A DNA stretch of 64,000 bases from Candidatus Zixiibacteriota bacterium (GCA_041394985.1 JAWLBI010000001.1:2198882-2262881); one strand, 5' to 3'. Counted from the stretch's first letter, positions 36,523 to 46,030 are shown. Notes: generated by a model from the sequence alone, not told the origin. Made by a program: numbers and translations.

Positions 36523-38093
36523 TGAAAACTATTTTGATAATACGACTCGGGCGGCTCGGCGATGTACTCCTCACCGGACCGACCATTAAAAATCTGCGGT
36601 TTTTATTCCCGACCGCGCAGATCGTGTACGTGACGCGCGAGGCATACAAACCGATTGCGGAGAATTTATTCGGCGTCAACCGGGTGCTGACATTTCCGGA
36701 TGAAGGCAGCTACCTTGACCTGGTCCGGCTGTCCAGCGAATTGGATGATTTCCAGCCCGAACTGGTCGTCGATCTGCATAAGAATTTCCGCTCGTTTCAT
36801 CTGGCGAACCTGAGCAAAGCCCCATACAAAGTCGTATACAAAAAACGTCGTCGCGAGCGTCAGGCGGCGGTCAATGACAAGGAATTCAAAAACTACATCC
36901 CTCACACGACCGATTTATATAATCTGGTTATCGATCAACTCAAAGGGGAGCGGCTGGCCCGCCGCCCCGATATCGTGCTGCCTGATTCTATCCTGATCGG
37001 ACCGGAGGCGGATCGCGACGGCATTTCGCTGGCGCCGGGAGCCGGATCACCGGTCAAGGCCTGGCCGCTTGAGAACTATGCCGCCATTGCCGAGCGCGTC
37101 ATTTACGATTTTCGCAAAGACGTACATGTTTTCGTCGGGGACCGGGAACGGGAGTTTGAATCGAAGTTTGCGCATTTGCCGCAGGAACTCTTGCACATGC
37201 ACCACAATCTTCCGGTTATGGATGTTGCGGCTGAAATGTCAAAAACACTCCTGAGTCTGACGAATGACTCCGGATTAATGCACATGTCGGCCGCGGTTGG
37301 TACTCCGACTATTGCCATATTCGGACCGACGCATGAGCAACTGGGCTTTTACCCGCTCGGCGTCCACGATATTATGCTGGCAACTGATGAAAAATGCCGG
37401 CCGTGCTCGTTACATGGTAACAAGCCATGCCATCGGGAACAACAGTACTGCCTGACCCGCCTGACGATCGATTTCGTTTACAGCAAACTCGTCGAGCGGC
37501 TGGAGGATGAACCGCTCGCCAAGGCCGCATTCATTGACCGCGACGGAACACTCATCGTCGATAAAAACTATCTGGCCGATCCGGACAAAATCGAATTCAT
37601 TCCCGGATCGCTCGATGCCGTTCGCGGACTTAAAGAGTGCGGGTATAAAATCGTTATCATCTCCAATCAATCAGGAGTGGCGCGAGGATTTTTCACTGAG
37701 GAAGCCGTCGAAAAAGTCCACAGCCGCCTCTGGGATTTAATGATTGCAAAAAACTGCGAACCGGACGATATCCTCTTCTGCCCCTATCACCCCGACGGCG
37801 ATATTTCCGAGTACACGCGCGAGCATGGCTGTCGCAAGCCGCGAGCAGGAATGATTGAGGAATCGGCGTTGCGGCTCGGTATCGACGTCAAACGCTCGTT
37901 CATGATAGGCGATAAGCTGAGCGATGTGCAATGCGGACAGGTGGCCGGCGCCATCCCGATTCTCGTTCGCACCGGAAAGGGAGCGAAAGCCGAGGAGGAA
38001 TATCCCGCAGAACCATACCCGCGGCCTTACTTTACTTGTGATACCCTCGGCGACGCCGCAGAACATATCTTATCCGTATGTCATGAAACATAA
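36522..38093 (+). CDS. fusion protein: GT9 (heptosyltransferase-like) glycosyltransferase plus GmhB-type heptose bisphosphate phosphatase
   Basis: N-terminal half: ILIIRLGRLGDVLLTGP and NDSGLMHMSAAVGTPTIAIFGPT (GT9). C-terminal half: FIDRDGTL, ISNQSGVARG, CRKPRAGM and GDKLSD (HAD/GmhB). The ATG overlaps the uppP stop. Confidence 0.75.
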   Translation: MKTILIIRLGRLGDVLLTGPTIKNLRFLFPTAQIVYVTREAYKPIAENLFGVNRVLTFPDEGSYLDLVRLSSELDDFQPELVVDLHKNFRSFHLANLSKAPYKVVYKKRRRERQAAVNDKEFKNYIPHTTDLYNLVIDQLKGERLARRPDIVLPDSILIGPEADRDGISLAPGAGSPVKAWPLENYAAIAERVIYDFRKDVHVFVGDREREFESKFAHLPQELLHMHHNLPVMDVAAEMSKTLLSLTNDSGLMHMSAAVGTPTIAIFGPTHEQLGFYPLGVHDIMLATDEKCRPCSLHGNKPCHREQQYCLTRLTIDFVYSKLVERLEDEPLAKAAFIDRDGTLIVDKNYLADPDKIEFIPGSLDAVRGLKECGYKIVIISNQSGVARGFFTEEAVEKVHSRLWDLMIAKNCEPDDILFCPYHPDGDISEYTREHGCRKPRAGMIEESALRLGIDVKRSFMIGDKLSDVQCGQVAGAIPILVRTGKGAKAEEEYPAEPYPRPYFTCDTLGDAAEHILSVCHET

Positions 38094-39102
38094 AGCGTCA
38101 TTTTCTCATTCGCTGTCGGAGGAAATCGTCCAATGCCGACTGTGCCCCTCGAATTGCCGGCTGACGCCGGGGCAGCGGGGGCTCTGCCATAATCGCTTCA
38201 ACGAAAACGGGGAATTATTTACCGAAAACTTCGGCGAAACCGTCACGATCGCAATTGATCCGATCGAAAAGAAGCCCCTCTATCATTTCCTTCCCGCATC
38301 GGATATCGTTTCCATCGGCGCCAATGGCTGTAATCTGTTTTGTAAGCACTGCCAGAATTGGCAAATCTCCCAGCGGAGAGCGCCGACGACCTATATTGCC
38401 CCGGAAGATTTACCTGAAGTAGCCGGGCAGAAGGACTCGGTCGGTGTCGCTTATACCTATACCGAACCGATGATCTGGTACGAGTACATCATGCAAGCAG
38501 CGCCGAGGATTAAAGATGCAGGTCTGGTAAATGTCATGGTCTCGAATGGATATATTAATCCCGAACCACTCAAGTCACTTCTACCTCACATCGACGCTTA
38601 TAATATAGACATTAAGGGAATGCGTCCCGAATTCTATCGGAGAGTCTGCAAGGGAAAGCTTGAACCGGTGCTGGAAACAATTCGGGCCATCGGTGCCTCG
38701 CAGGCGCATATGGAGCTGACCAATCTGGTTATTACGGATTTGAACGACAGCGACGAGGATTTTCACAAACTGGGTGAATTCATTGTCTCGGTAGATAAAA
38801 ACATCCCTCTGCACATTTCCGCATATTATCCGACTTACGAGCTGGACAATCCGGCGACATCTACGGAAACACTCCTGCGCGCCTATAACATACTCAAGGA
38901 CTATCTCACGTATGTATTTGTAGGCAATAGAAATCTCCCGGGATGCTCCGACAGCACTTGCCCCTCGTGCAATGCCGCGCTGATTCGGCGTGTCGGATAT
39001 CAAATCAGAGTCGTTGGCCTCAACGATAACGGAACCTGTAGCGAGTGCGGAGCGGTAACAGGGATTGTAACGAAGAGCTCCGCTTCATCAAAAACTCTAT
39101 AG
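38083..39102 (+). CDS. AmmeMemoRadiSam-system radical SAM enzyme
   Basis: 339 aa from the ATG at 38083. VQCRLCPSNCRLTPGQRGLCHNR plus the CNLFCKHCQNW cluster are typical of this family. No AMMECR1 or Memo gene is adjacent. Confidence 0.7.
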   Translation: MKHKASFSHSLSEEIVQCRLCPSNCRLTPGQRGLCHNRFNENGELFTENFGETVTIAIDPIEKKPLYHFLPASDIVSIGANGCNLFCKHCQNWQISQRRAPTTYIAPEDLPEVAGQKDSVGVAYTYTEPMIWYEYIMQAAPRIKDAGLVNVMVSNGYINPEPLKSLLPHIDAYNIDIKGMRPEFYRRVCKGKLEPVLETIRAIGASQAHMELTNLVITDLNDSDEDFHKLGEFIVSVDKNIPLHISAYYPTYELDNPATSTETLLRAYNILKDYLTYVFVGNRNLPGCSDSTCPSCNAALIRRVGYQIRVVGLNDNGTCSECGAVTGIVTKSSASSKTL

Positions 39103-39207
39103 GAAATAGAGACAAAAGTCGATATAATTTAGTATCAAGCAATATAGCGGTATCGCACGTCATATATGGGACATCGGGGGAACAGCCGCATTGGAGCGCA
39201 TGCCTGC

Positions 39208-42012
39208 ATGAAAGTTATTTTTCGCCATAGTACAGTCTTGTTTTTGCTCGTTACCGTCTGTTGTGTCGTCGGCAACCTGCAGGCGCAATACTATTTCGGG
39301 AAAAACAAAGTTCAGTATACCGATTTCGATTGGTATATGATGACGACCGAGCACTTCAATGTGTACTACTATTCCGATGAGGCTGAACTGGCGGAAATCG
39401 CCGCCGAATCCGCGGAACGCTCATACAAGGCGCTGGCGGCAAAATTCAATCACGAAATCTATTCGAAAATCCCGCTGATTATCTACAGCACGCCGAATCA
39501 CTTCGTGCAAACCAATGTGACGTTCTCATTTCTGCCGGAAAATGTCGCCGGATTCACCGAATTTATCAAGGGCCGCGTCGTTGTCCCTTTTAACGGTTCG
39601 TATTTTGACTTCGACCGCGTTATTCGCCACGAAATGGTGCACGTGTTCACGATTTCGCGCATCAACCGGCACGGTCGCGAATCGGGCCGGTTTTCTGCCG
39701 CGTATCCGCCGCTGTGGTTCACCGAGGGATTAGCGGAATACTGGTCGCGCGAATGGGGAAGCGAGGCCGACCTTATCGTGCGCGATATGGTCATTAACGG
39801 CACCCTGCCGAAAATAGACGAGTTGTGGACGGTTCACGGCACGTTTTTCATGTACAAATTGGGGCAGTCTATCTGTGAATTCATCGCCATGGAATACGGC
39901 GAGGATAAACTCACGCGAATGTTCGACAACTGGTATGTCGGGAAACGGTTCGAGGAAATCGTAAAATTCACGCTTGGCGAAGACCTGAAAACGGTCTCGG
40001 ACAAGTGGCAGTACCATCTCAAGAAAAAATACTATCCGCAGATAGAAGAGCTCGATTTACCGGATAAACAGGCTGACCGCCTCACCGAACATGTCTTCGC
40101 CGTGCGACCGGTGCCCGTGCAGGTAATGAACAGCCAGGGTGAAGAAGAACCCTGGGTTATTTATAAGGCCAATAAGACCGGCTATTCTGCGATCTACATG
40201 CAGCCGGCGGACAAACTCAATGCCAAACCGATCACGCTGCTCAAAGGCGAACGCTCGTCGCGCTATGAATCATTGCACTTACTCTCCAGCGGCGTCGACC
40301 AGTACAACGACAGTCTGCTGGTATTCGCATCGAAATCAAAAGAACGAGACGTTCTGTATATCTATGATTTGACGAAACGCGAAGTCGTCCGCAGATATGA
40401 ATTCGACAGCCTCATAGCAGTGACCTCGCCGCGTTTTTCGCCCAATGGGGATTTCGTCGCCTTTACCGGTAATCACCCGAACGGCTATGCCGATTTATTC
40501 GTACTCGAACTGGCCACCGGAGGCCTCCGCCAGATTACCGATGATATATACAACGACCTTGACCCGAGTTTCGGCCATGACGGCAAATCTCTATTGTTCG
40601 CCTCCGACCGAGGCGGCGCCGGCTATGATGGCTACACGTCGATCTATCGCATTGATCTTGAATCAAAACAGATAACCCGCCTCACGAGCGGAACATACAC
40701 CGATCGGTATCCGTCCGAAAACCCCCTCGGCTCACAGATCGTATTCACCTCCGATCGGGGAGACGAGCGTGCGGTGAATATCTTCATGCTGGAAGACAAT
40801 CAGACGCTCTCACAGGTGACGGCCTATATTACCGGCGCATTTGATCCGCGCTTCTCCGCAGACGGCAGTGAATTATACTTCTATGGGTATCAAAATCGAG
40901 GCTTTCACCTGTTCCGGTCAGATATTAAAGATATTCGCTCCGTTCCTGCGGAGCCACCCGCCTATACTGATGCTCAATGGTTTCCGGGAAAAATCGGCAG
41001 CGAATCGACCGTCAGTAATGTGAAATATAAAACGGATTATTCACTCGATATCGCTCAGTCGACGATTGCATACGATGGCGTCTTCGGGACGCTGGGCGGC
41101 ATACAGGCGGCAATGAGCGATGTTCTCGGCAATAATACATTCGTGTTTCTGCTCTCGAATACGGCTCGGGAAAAAGACGATTTACTGACCAGTTTCAATG
41201 TCGGCGTTACCTATCTCCGCCGTACGAAACGCGTCAATCTCGGTATCGGCGGATTTCATCTGTACGACGAATATTACAACGACTATGACGGATATTACTA
41301 CGAGCGGCTCATCGGCGGAATGTTTTTGGTCAGCTATCCGTTTTCGAAATTTACTCGTGTCGAAACATCGGTCTTTGCCCGCCACAGCGACAAGGATACC
41401 TATGCCGGGCTGGTAAATCGAAAGGCATTCCCGGCCACTCATCTGGTGAGTTTCGTCACCGATAATACGCTCTGGTTGCCGACCGGTCCGATAGACGGGC
41501 GACGATTGAATCTGACGGCAGGTTATTCGTATGATTTTAGAAACGGTCGTAGTTTTAATCGCCTGGCTTCGGCCGATCTCCGCATCTATCAGCGACTGAG
41601 AACCTATTCTTGTATTGCAAGCAGGTTCTTCGCCTTTACTTCAGCGGGTATTGAACCGCAGCGTTTGTATTTGGGGGGCAGTTGGTCATTCCGTGGTTAT
41701 AATCGCCGCCACTGGTATAATCGCAATATCTTGTTTAACTCGGTTGAAATCCGCTTCCCGCTCATCAATGCGCTGATTCTGGCAACGCCCCCCGGCGTAA
41801 TGCGCTTCGGCGGCATTCAAGGAGCCATATTTCACGATCTCGGGACGGCCTGGGATGACCGCTGGGATGGCTGGCACGGATCGTTCGGATTATCGTTCCG
41901 ACTGGCCCTCGGTTACCTGGTTACCCTACGGCTGGACATTTCGCGGACGCATGATTTTCATTATATTGCCTCCCGCAACCGAACCGACTTCTTTTTCGGC
42001 TGGAATTTCTGA
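39208..42012 (+). CDS. multidomain outer-membrane protein: peptidase-MA-like (HExxH) plus PD40/TolB beta-propeller repeats plus Omp85/BamA-type C-terminal barrel
   Basis: Signal peptide ends NLQAQ. It has VIRHEMVHVF...WFTEGLAEYWS. Four or more PD40-like repeats are present (SPRFSPNGDFVAFTG, DPSFGHDGKSLLFASDR, VFTSDRGD, DPRFSADGSELYFYG). The C-terminus has GGSWSFRGY...VEIRFPL and ends FFGWNF. Confidence 0.7.
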   Translation: MKVIFRHSTVLFLLVTVCCVVGNLQAQYYFGKNKVQYTDFDWYMMTTEHFNVYYYSDEAELAEIAAESAERSYKALAAKFNHEIYSKIPLIIYSTPNHFVQTNVTFSFLPENVAGFTEFIKGRVVVPFNGSYFDFDRVIRHEMVHVFTISRINRHGRESGRFSAAYPPLWFTEGLAEYWSREWGSEADLIVRDMVINGTLPKIDELWTVHGTFFMYKLGQSICEFIAMEYGEDKLTRMFDNWYVGKRFEEIVKFTLGEDLKTVSDKWQYHLKKKYYPQIEELDLPDKQADRLTEHVFAVRPVPVQVMNSQGEEEPWVIYKANKTGYSAIYMQPADKLNAKPITLLKGERSSRYESLHLLSSGVDQYNDSLLVFASKSKERDVLYIYDLTKREVVRRYEFDSLIAVTSPRFSPNGDFVAFTGNHPNGYADLFVLELATGGLRQITDDIYNDLDPSFGHDGKSLLFASDRGGAGYDGYTSIYRIDLESKQITRLTSGTYTDRYPSENPLGSQIVFTSDRGDERAVNIFMLEDNQTLSQVTAYITGAFDPRFSADGSELYFYGYQNRGFHLFRSDIKDIRSVPAEPPAYTDAQWFPGKIGSESTVSNVKYKTDYSLDIAQSTIAYDGVFGTLGGIQAAMSDVLGNNTFVFLLSNTAREKDDLLTSFNVGVTYLRRTKRVNLGIGGFHLYDEYYNDYDGYYYERLIGGMFLVSYPFSKFTRVETSVFARHSDKDTYAGLVNRKAFPATHLVSFVTDNTLWLPTGPIDGRRLNLTAGYSYDFRNGRSFNRLASADLRIYQRLRTYSCIASRFFAFTSAGIEPQRLYLGGSWSFRGYNRRHWYNRNILFNSVEIRFPLINALILATPPGVMRFGGIQGAIFHDLGTAWDDRWDGWHGSFGLSFRLALGYLVTLRLDISRTHDFHYIASRNRTDFFFGWNF

Positions 42013-43130
42013 TGATACGATTCCTGTTGTACAGCCTGTTATTAGTGGCGTTGATCGGATGCACCGCTCCCAAAAAGCTCAACCGAAAATTGGGCTATTT
42101 CGAGCCGAAAAACTCCTCAGGGGAAACCATTGTTAATACGAACGGCGGCTCGACCGACTCATTTAGCGGTCGCCTCAACCTATTGTATGAAAAGAAAATA
42201 CGAGGGGCTATCAACAGCCCGATTTATGCCGGTGATGATTTCATCGGCTTTTTGACGACTCGCAACAGATTTCTCTTTTTCGACCCCGAAACCGGTAAGC
42301 GGATTTGCCGGGTCAAAAAGGGGAAAGGCTATATTCTCAATCCGGTCGTCACCGATTCTCTCATTGTCCTGGTCCGAAAGATCCCACTCGGGGAAATCCG
42401 TGTCAGGAACCTATTTACCAACAAAACAATACAGGAACGGACAGTAAATCAAATCCGTTCCGGGCCGATACTATGTAATAACAGCCTGGCCATCGGCACG
42501 ACAACCGGTATTGAACTGTTGTCGCTGCCGGAATTGCGAACCGAATGGACGTTTGATGTAAAAACGATTATTGACCTGACACCCCAAACCGACGGCGAGA
42601 CGGTTTATTTTGCCGGAGGAGGTGGATTAGTCGGGGCGGTCAATGCGTCTGATGGCGGGCTGGTTTGGAAGCAGGAGTTGAAACGGGATATCGTTTCCGA
42701 GATGACACTCGGAACATATCTGTATCTGGGATTAGACGATGGCGCTGTGCTTGCCCTGGATGTTCGAACCGGTCGAGAAGTGTGGGAAACCCAACTCGAG
42801 TGTGAGGTACACGGTCAGTTCAGCGAGGCAAACGGGCTTTTGTATTTCGGAGGAACCGATACGAAAGTGTATGCGCTGTCAGTTAACACCGGAGAAATCG
42901 TATGGTCGTTCGCCACGGCAGGTATCGTGACTGCGCCGCCGATTACATTTGGTAACTCCGTGATAGTCGGTTCTTACGATCGTCATCTTTACAGCCTGGA
43001 TCGTGAAACCGGACAACTTCTGGACAAGCAACTACTCGAAGGGCCCGTTAATTTTGCCGCGATGGTGCACAAGAACAAGATACTCGTCGCCTGCCGCAAA
43101 AACAGATTGTATTGTTTTGAGGGTAACTAA
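42012..43130 (+). CDS. PQQ-like beta-propeller lipoprotein (BamB-like)
   Basis: 372 aa. Lipobox ALIGCT. Repeated G-x-x-W motifs (GGLVWKQEL, GREVWETQL, GEIVWSFAT). Start overlaps the upstream stop by 1 nt. Confidence 0.7.
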   Translation: MIRFLLYSLLLVALIGCTAPKKLNRKLGYFEPKNSSGETIVNTNGGSTDSFSGRLNLLYEKKIRGAINSPIYAGDDFIGFLTTRNRFLFFDPETGKRICRVKKGKGYILNPVVTDSLIVLVRKIPLGEIRVRNLFTNKTIQERTVNQIRSGPILCNNSLAIGTTTGIELLSLPELRTEWTFDVKTIIDLTPQTDGETVYFAGGGGLVGAVNASDGGLVWKQELKRDIVSEMTLGTYLYLGLDDGAVLALDVRTGREVWETQLECEVHGQFSEANGLLYFGGTDTKVYALSVNTGEIVWSFATAGIVTAPPITFGNSVIVGSYDRHLYSLDRETGQLLDKQLLEGPVNFAAMVHKNKILVACRKNRLYCFEGN

Positions 43131-45322
43131 TGAATCGATCGATTAATCTCAGTGAAAAAAGCCTGACCACCGATATCAGAGACATCTCTCGGGAAGTCGC
43201 TCACGAGTTATTTCTTATCTGTCGCAAAGCGGGAATCTATACCGTCGATCATCCGATGGTTGTCAAGGGAGTTGCCAAACCGTTCCTTGGCCTGCAAAAA
43301 GTTTTTTCATATAAGAAGTATTTTGATCTGTACTTCATCGAGGGGCGTCTGTACGCCAACAATATCCTGATCACGGATATCGGGGCATCCACATTTCTCA
43401 AAGACCGTATGCATGAGTTCGATATCAAGTCGATTCTATTCTCCGCGGAATTGACGACGGACGAATTGCTGTCATTTATCAGCCGTCTCGTGACGAAAGT
43501 TTCTCCGGCGCATCCTGAATATAAAATTGAAGAATTTCTCAGACGCCGCCGGATTGACCATATTCTTATCAATCACCCGCTCGCTGAAAAGATTTTCAAT
43601 GCCGGGTTGAAATATCGCGACGGCCAGTACAATGAATACACCGTTCGACGTATCGTCTCCGATTATTTTGCCGGCGATATTTACCTTGCGGTTAAGGCGC
43701 TGACCGAAAAATATGCCAGTACGACGGAACAGATCGAGGAGACCGGCATCGATTATTACCGCGAAATCGTTGCCTATCTGTTACCGGAAAAATTCGCGCA
43801 ATTACCGCCCTCGGAATTAATGGATATCGCCAGAGAAATCATTACCGGCTGCGAATCATTCGATGATGATGCCTGCACACGCCTCAATCAACTTATCAGT
43901 GCCCTCGATTATCATCCTCGGCGCATCGAATTGTACGAGAAAATCAAACAACTGTTGACCGAGTACAACATCGACCGCGGTATCCTGAAAAGATCATTGA
44001 GCGGTTCGATTGTACTTCAGAAAGAAGTCGGCAGCGAAATCGATCGTATCGTCAACAAATTCTTTTCAAAGCAGAACGAAGAGCCGCTGTTCGATTCATT
44101 CCATGACCATTTCATGCGCCTCGTGAGAACCCGCCAGATGGGGAAGGCGTCGTCGATTGCCGAACAGGTGATTTCGTATTTGTCCTCCGAGGATGCCCTC
44201 TATCGGCAATACTCGATGATTCTCACGAAGGATCTCACCAAATCGGCCGTGGATGTCGGCGAAATCGCCTTTTTGGATGTATTGTTGACGCAATTAAAAT
44301 CACTCTTCACTCGCGGCCTCGAGACAATCGAATTTGCCGAAGTGGCGGTATTTCTCATTCGCATCGCAATCTCCAATCGCCGCTATGCTGCCGTTGCCGA
44401 TTTCCTGCATATCATCCGGGCAGGGCGAAAGCAGCAGGATGATGTCATGGTGTACGATTCGATTGCCATTCGCCGGGTGTTCGAGCAACTAAATGATCGT
44501 GAACTGATCTCGTTCCTCATCAGAGAAATACACCAAAACGACAATAATTCAATCAAGGCGACCCGGGATATTCTCATTGCCATGCAATCGGACGAAGTCG
44601 CCCTGCAACTGGCGCAGATTGTAGCCCATCACGAGCGGCATGTCCGGCAGCACAGCCTGAAAATTCTTTCTGCTTTGGGTAAACCGGCCGTCACGATTTT
44701 CTCTGAGGTCCTGCGCGATGAAACGAATTTCTATCGGCCGGCTGACAGACGCGAGCTTCCTGATGAAAAATGGTATCTCATCCGCAATGCCATCTTTGTT
44801 CTCGGCAATCTCCGAGACAGTGATGCCTGCAATGCCCTGCGGTTGCGATTGACCGATTCGGATATTCGCGTACGCATGGAAATTATCAAGGCGCTGGAAA
44901 AAATCGACGGCGACGACGGTGTCGATTTGTTGATGATCCTCTGTGAAGATTCCGACGAAACAGTCCGCGAGGCGGCGATAATAGCCCTTGGTTTGTTCAA
45001 CAGGCAAGACCTGTTGCCATTCTTCAAGGACCTGCTTATGAAGCAGAAAAACGAGGTCTACCGCATAGTGAATGCCATCGCTCAGACGGGAAATCCCGAG
45101 GCATATCAATTCCTCGAAGAGCTTGCCAAAGACAAGGATCGAATTAAGGACCTGTCCTCCGGCAAAGCCTCAGCTTCTGACATAAAGAAAATGATTCTTG
45201 CGGCCATGGAAAAATTCGGCGACGACACGACCAAAAAGCGCGTCGAGGAACTCCAGCAGCAATCGACCGGTCAGCTATCAAAGACAGCCAGAATGCTTCT
45301 TGGCAAGATGAATAGTAAATAA
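43130..45322 (+). CDS. HEAT-repeat protein, hypothetical
   Basis: 730 aa with no signal peptide. C-terminal HEAT/PBS-lyase-like repeats (DSDIRVRMEIIKALEKI, DSDETVREAAIIALG). Start overlaps the upstream stop by 1 nt. Confidence 0.6.
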   Translation: MNRSINLSEKSLTTDIRDISREVAHELFLICRKAGIYTVDHPMVVKGVAKPFLGLQKVFSYKKYFDLYFIEGRLYANNILITDIGASTFLKDRMHEFDIKSILFSAELTTDELLSFISRLVTKVSPAHPEYKIEEFLRRRRIDHILINHPLAEKIFNAGLKYRDGQYNEYTVRRIVSDYFAGDIYLAVKALTEKYASTTEQIEETGIDYYREIVAYLLPEKFAQLPPSELMDIAREIITGCESFDDDACTRLNQLISALDYHPRRIELYEKIKQLLTEYNIDRGILKRSLSGSIVLQKEVGSEIDRIVNKFFSKQNEEPLFDSFHDHFMRLVRTRQMGKASSIAEQVISYLSSEDALYRQYSMILTKDLTKSAVDVGEIAFLDVLLTQLKSLFTRGLETIEFAEVAVFLIRIAISNRRYAAVADFLHIIRAGRKQQDDVMVYDSIAIRRVFEQLNDRELISFLIREIHQNDNNSIKATRDILIAMQSDEVALQLAQIVAHHERHVRQHSLKILSALGKPAVTIFSEVLRDETNFYRPADRRELPDEKWYLIRNAIFVLGNLRDSDACNALRLRLTDSDIRVRMEIIKALEKIDGDDGVDLLMILCEDSDETVREAAIIALGLFNRQDLLPFFKDLLMKQKNEVYRIVNAIAQTGNPEAYQFLEELAKDKDRIKDLSSGKASASDIKKMILAAMEKFGDDTTKKRVEELQQQSTGQLSKTARMLLGKMNSK

Positions 45323-45364
45323 CCGACATTCTGGCAGTCGGTCTGCCATAATGAGCCATATTGA

Positions 45365-45402
45365 CGCACTGTCTCTGCCACAGAGACAGTGCGCTTGTGT
45401 TT
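45365..45402 (+). terminator. intrinsic terminator after the HEAT-repeat gene
   Basis: 13-bp perfect stem cgcactgtctctg/cagagacagtgcg with a 3-nt loop, followed by cttgtgttt. Confidence 0.55.
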
Positions 45403-45454
45403 AGATTCTATCCTATTCTTCCTAACTTCTTATATCCCAGACAATTGAGTCTTT

Positions 45455-45470
45455 TGGCACGCTCTTTGTT
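45455..45470 (+). promoter_or_regulatory. sigma54-like promoter candidate upstream of hsp20
   Basis: TGGCAC-gctct-TTGTT. The -24 element is perfect, but the -12 element has GT instead of GC. It lies 50 nt upstream of the ATG. Confidence 0.3.
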
Positions 45471-45520
45471 TAATCCCTCTACAGAAAACATAAAAAAGGA
45501 ATTAAAAAGGAGATCAAAAA

Positions 45521-45946
45521 ATGAGATTCGTCATTAACAACCCGATGCCGCGATTTGCTCAGTGTGGATTCGATATGCCGGAGGCGGCTATGCGCAGACA
45601 TCATGTCCGCGGACACGGCGAATTCCCGATTAACATGGAACTGGTTGAAAGCAAAGATTCATACACGATCATCGCCGATTTGCCGGGCATGACCAAAGAA
45701 GACATCTCGATTAAGGTCGAAAACGGCACTCTCTCCATCCAAGGTGAGCGTAAGCGCGAAGAGAACGAAAACACGAACGTCGTCTGGTCCGAGCGGTTCT
45801 TCGGCAAATTCCGCCGTGACTACAAACTTGGTGAAAAAGTCAATGTCGAGAAAATAGGCGCCGAGTTCAAAAACGGCATGCTGATGATTACTCTGCCGTT
45901 TAAGGACGAGATCAAGCCGAAAAACATTGAAGTGCAAGTCAACTAA
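45521..45946 (+). CDS. Hsp20/alpha-crystallin small heat-shock protein
   Basis: 141 aa with RBS aaaaggaga. DLPGMTKEDISIKVENGTLSIQGER...FGKFRRDYKL...A.FKNGMLMITLP is the alpha-crystallin domain. Confidence 0.9.
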   Translation: MRFVINNPMPRFAQCGFDMPEAAMRRHHVRGHGEFPINMELVESKDSYTIIADLPGMTKEDISIKVENGTLSIQGERKREENENTNVVWSERFFGKFRRDYKLGEKVNVEKIGAEFKNGMLMITLPFKDEIKPKNIEVQVN

Positions 45947-45977
45947 TTAACTGGGTTACTTGATTGATTTGCAAACT

Positions 45978-46004
45978 GAAGGCTCCGGTGATATCGGAGC
46001 CTTC
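45978..46004 (+). other. perfect 10-bp stem-loop between hsp20 and dnaK
   Basis: gaaggctccg-gtgatat-cggagccttc. With no T-run, it could be an attenuator, a processing site or a stabiliser. Confidence 0.4.
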
Positions 46005-46030
46005 ACTATGAAATAAAGAGGTGAATTGAT

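Noticed and set aside
37924-38082. Upstream extension of the radical SAM gene (ORF-track start at 37924)
   Set aside because: The extension overlaps the GmhB domain in another frame. The family N-terminal Cys motif begins shortly after the ATG at 38083.
45400-46030. CIRCE/HrcA operator or sigma32 promoter in front of hsp20 and dnaK
   Set aside because: No TTAGCACTC-N9-GAGTGCTAA-like inverted repeat and no convincing CTTGAA/CCCCAT pair were found. Only the sigma54-like motif and a plain stem-loop are reported.
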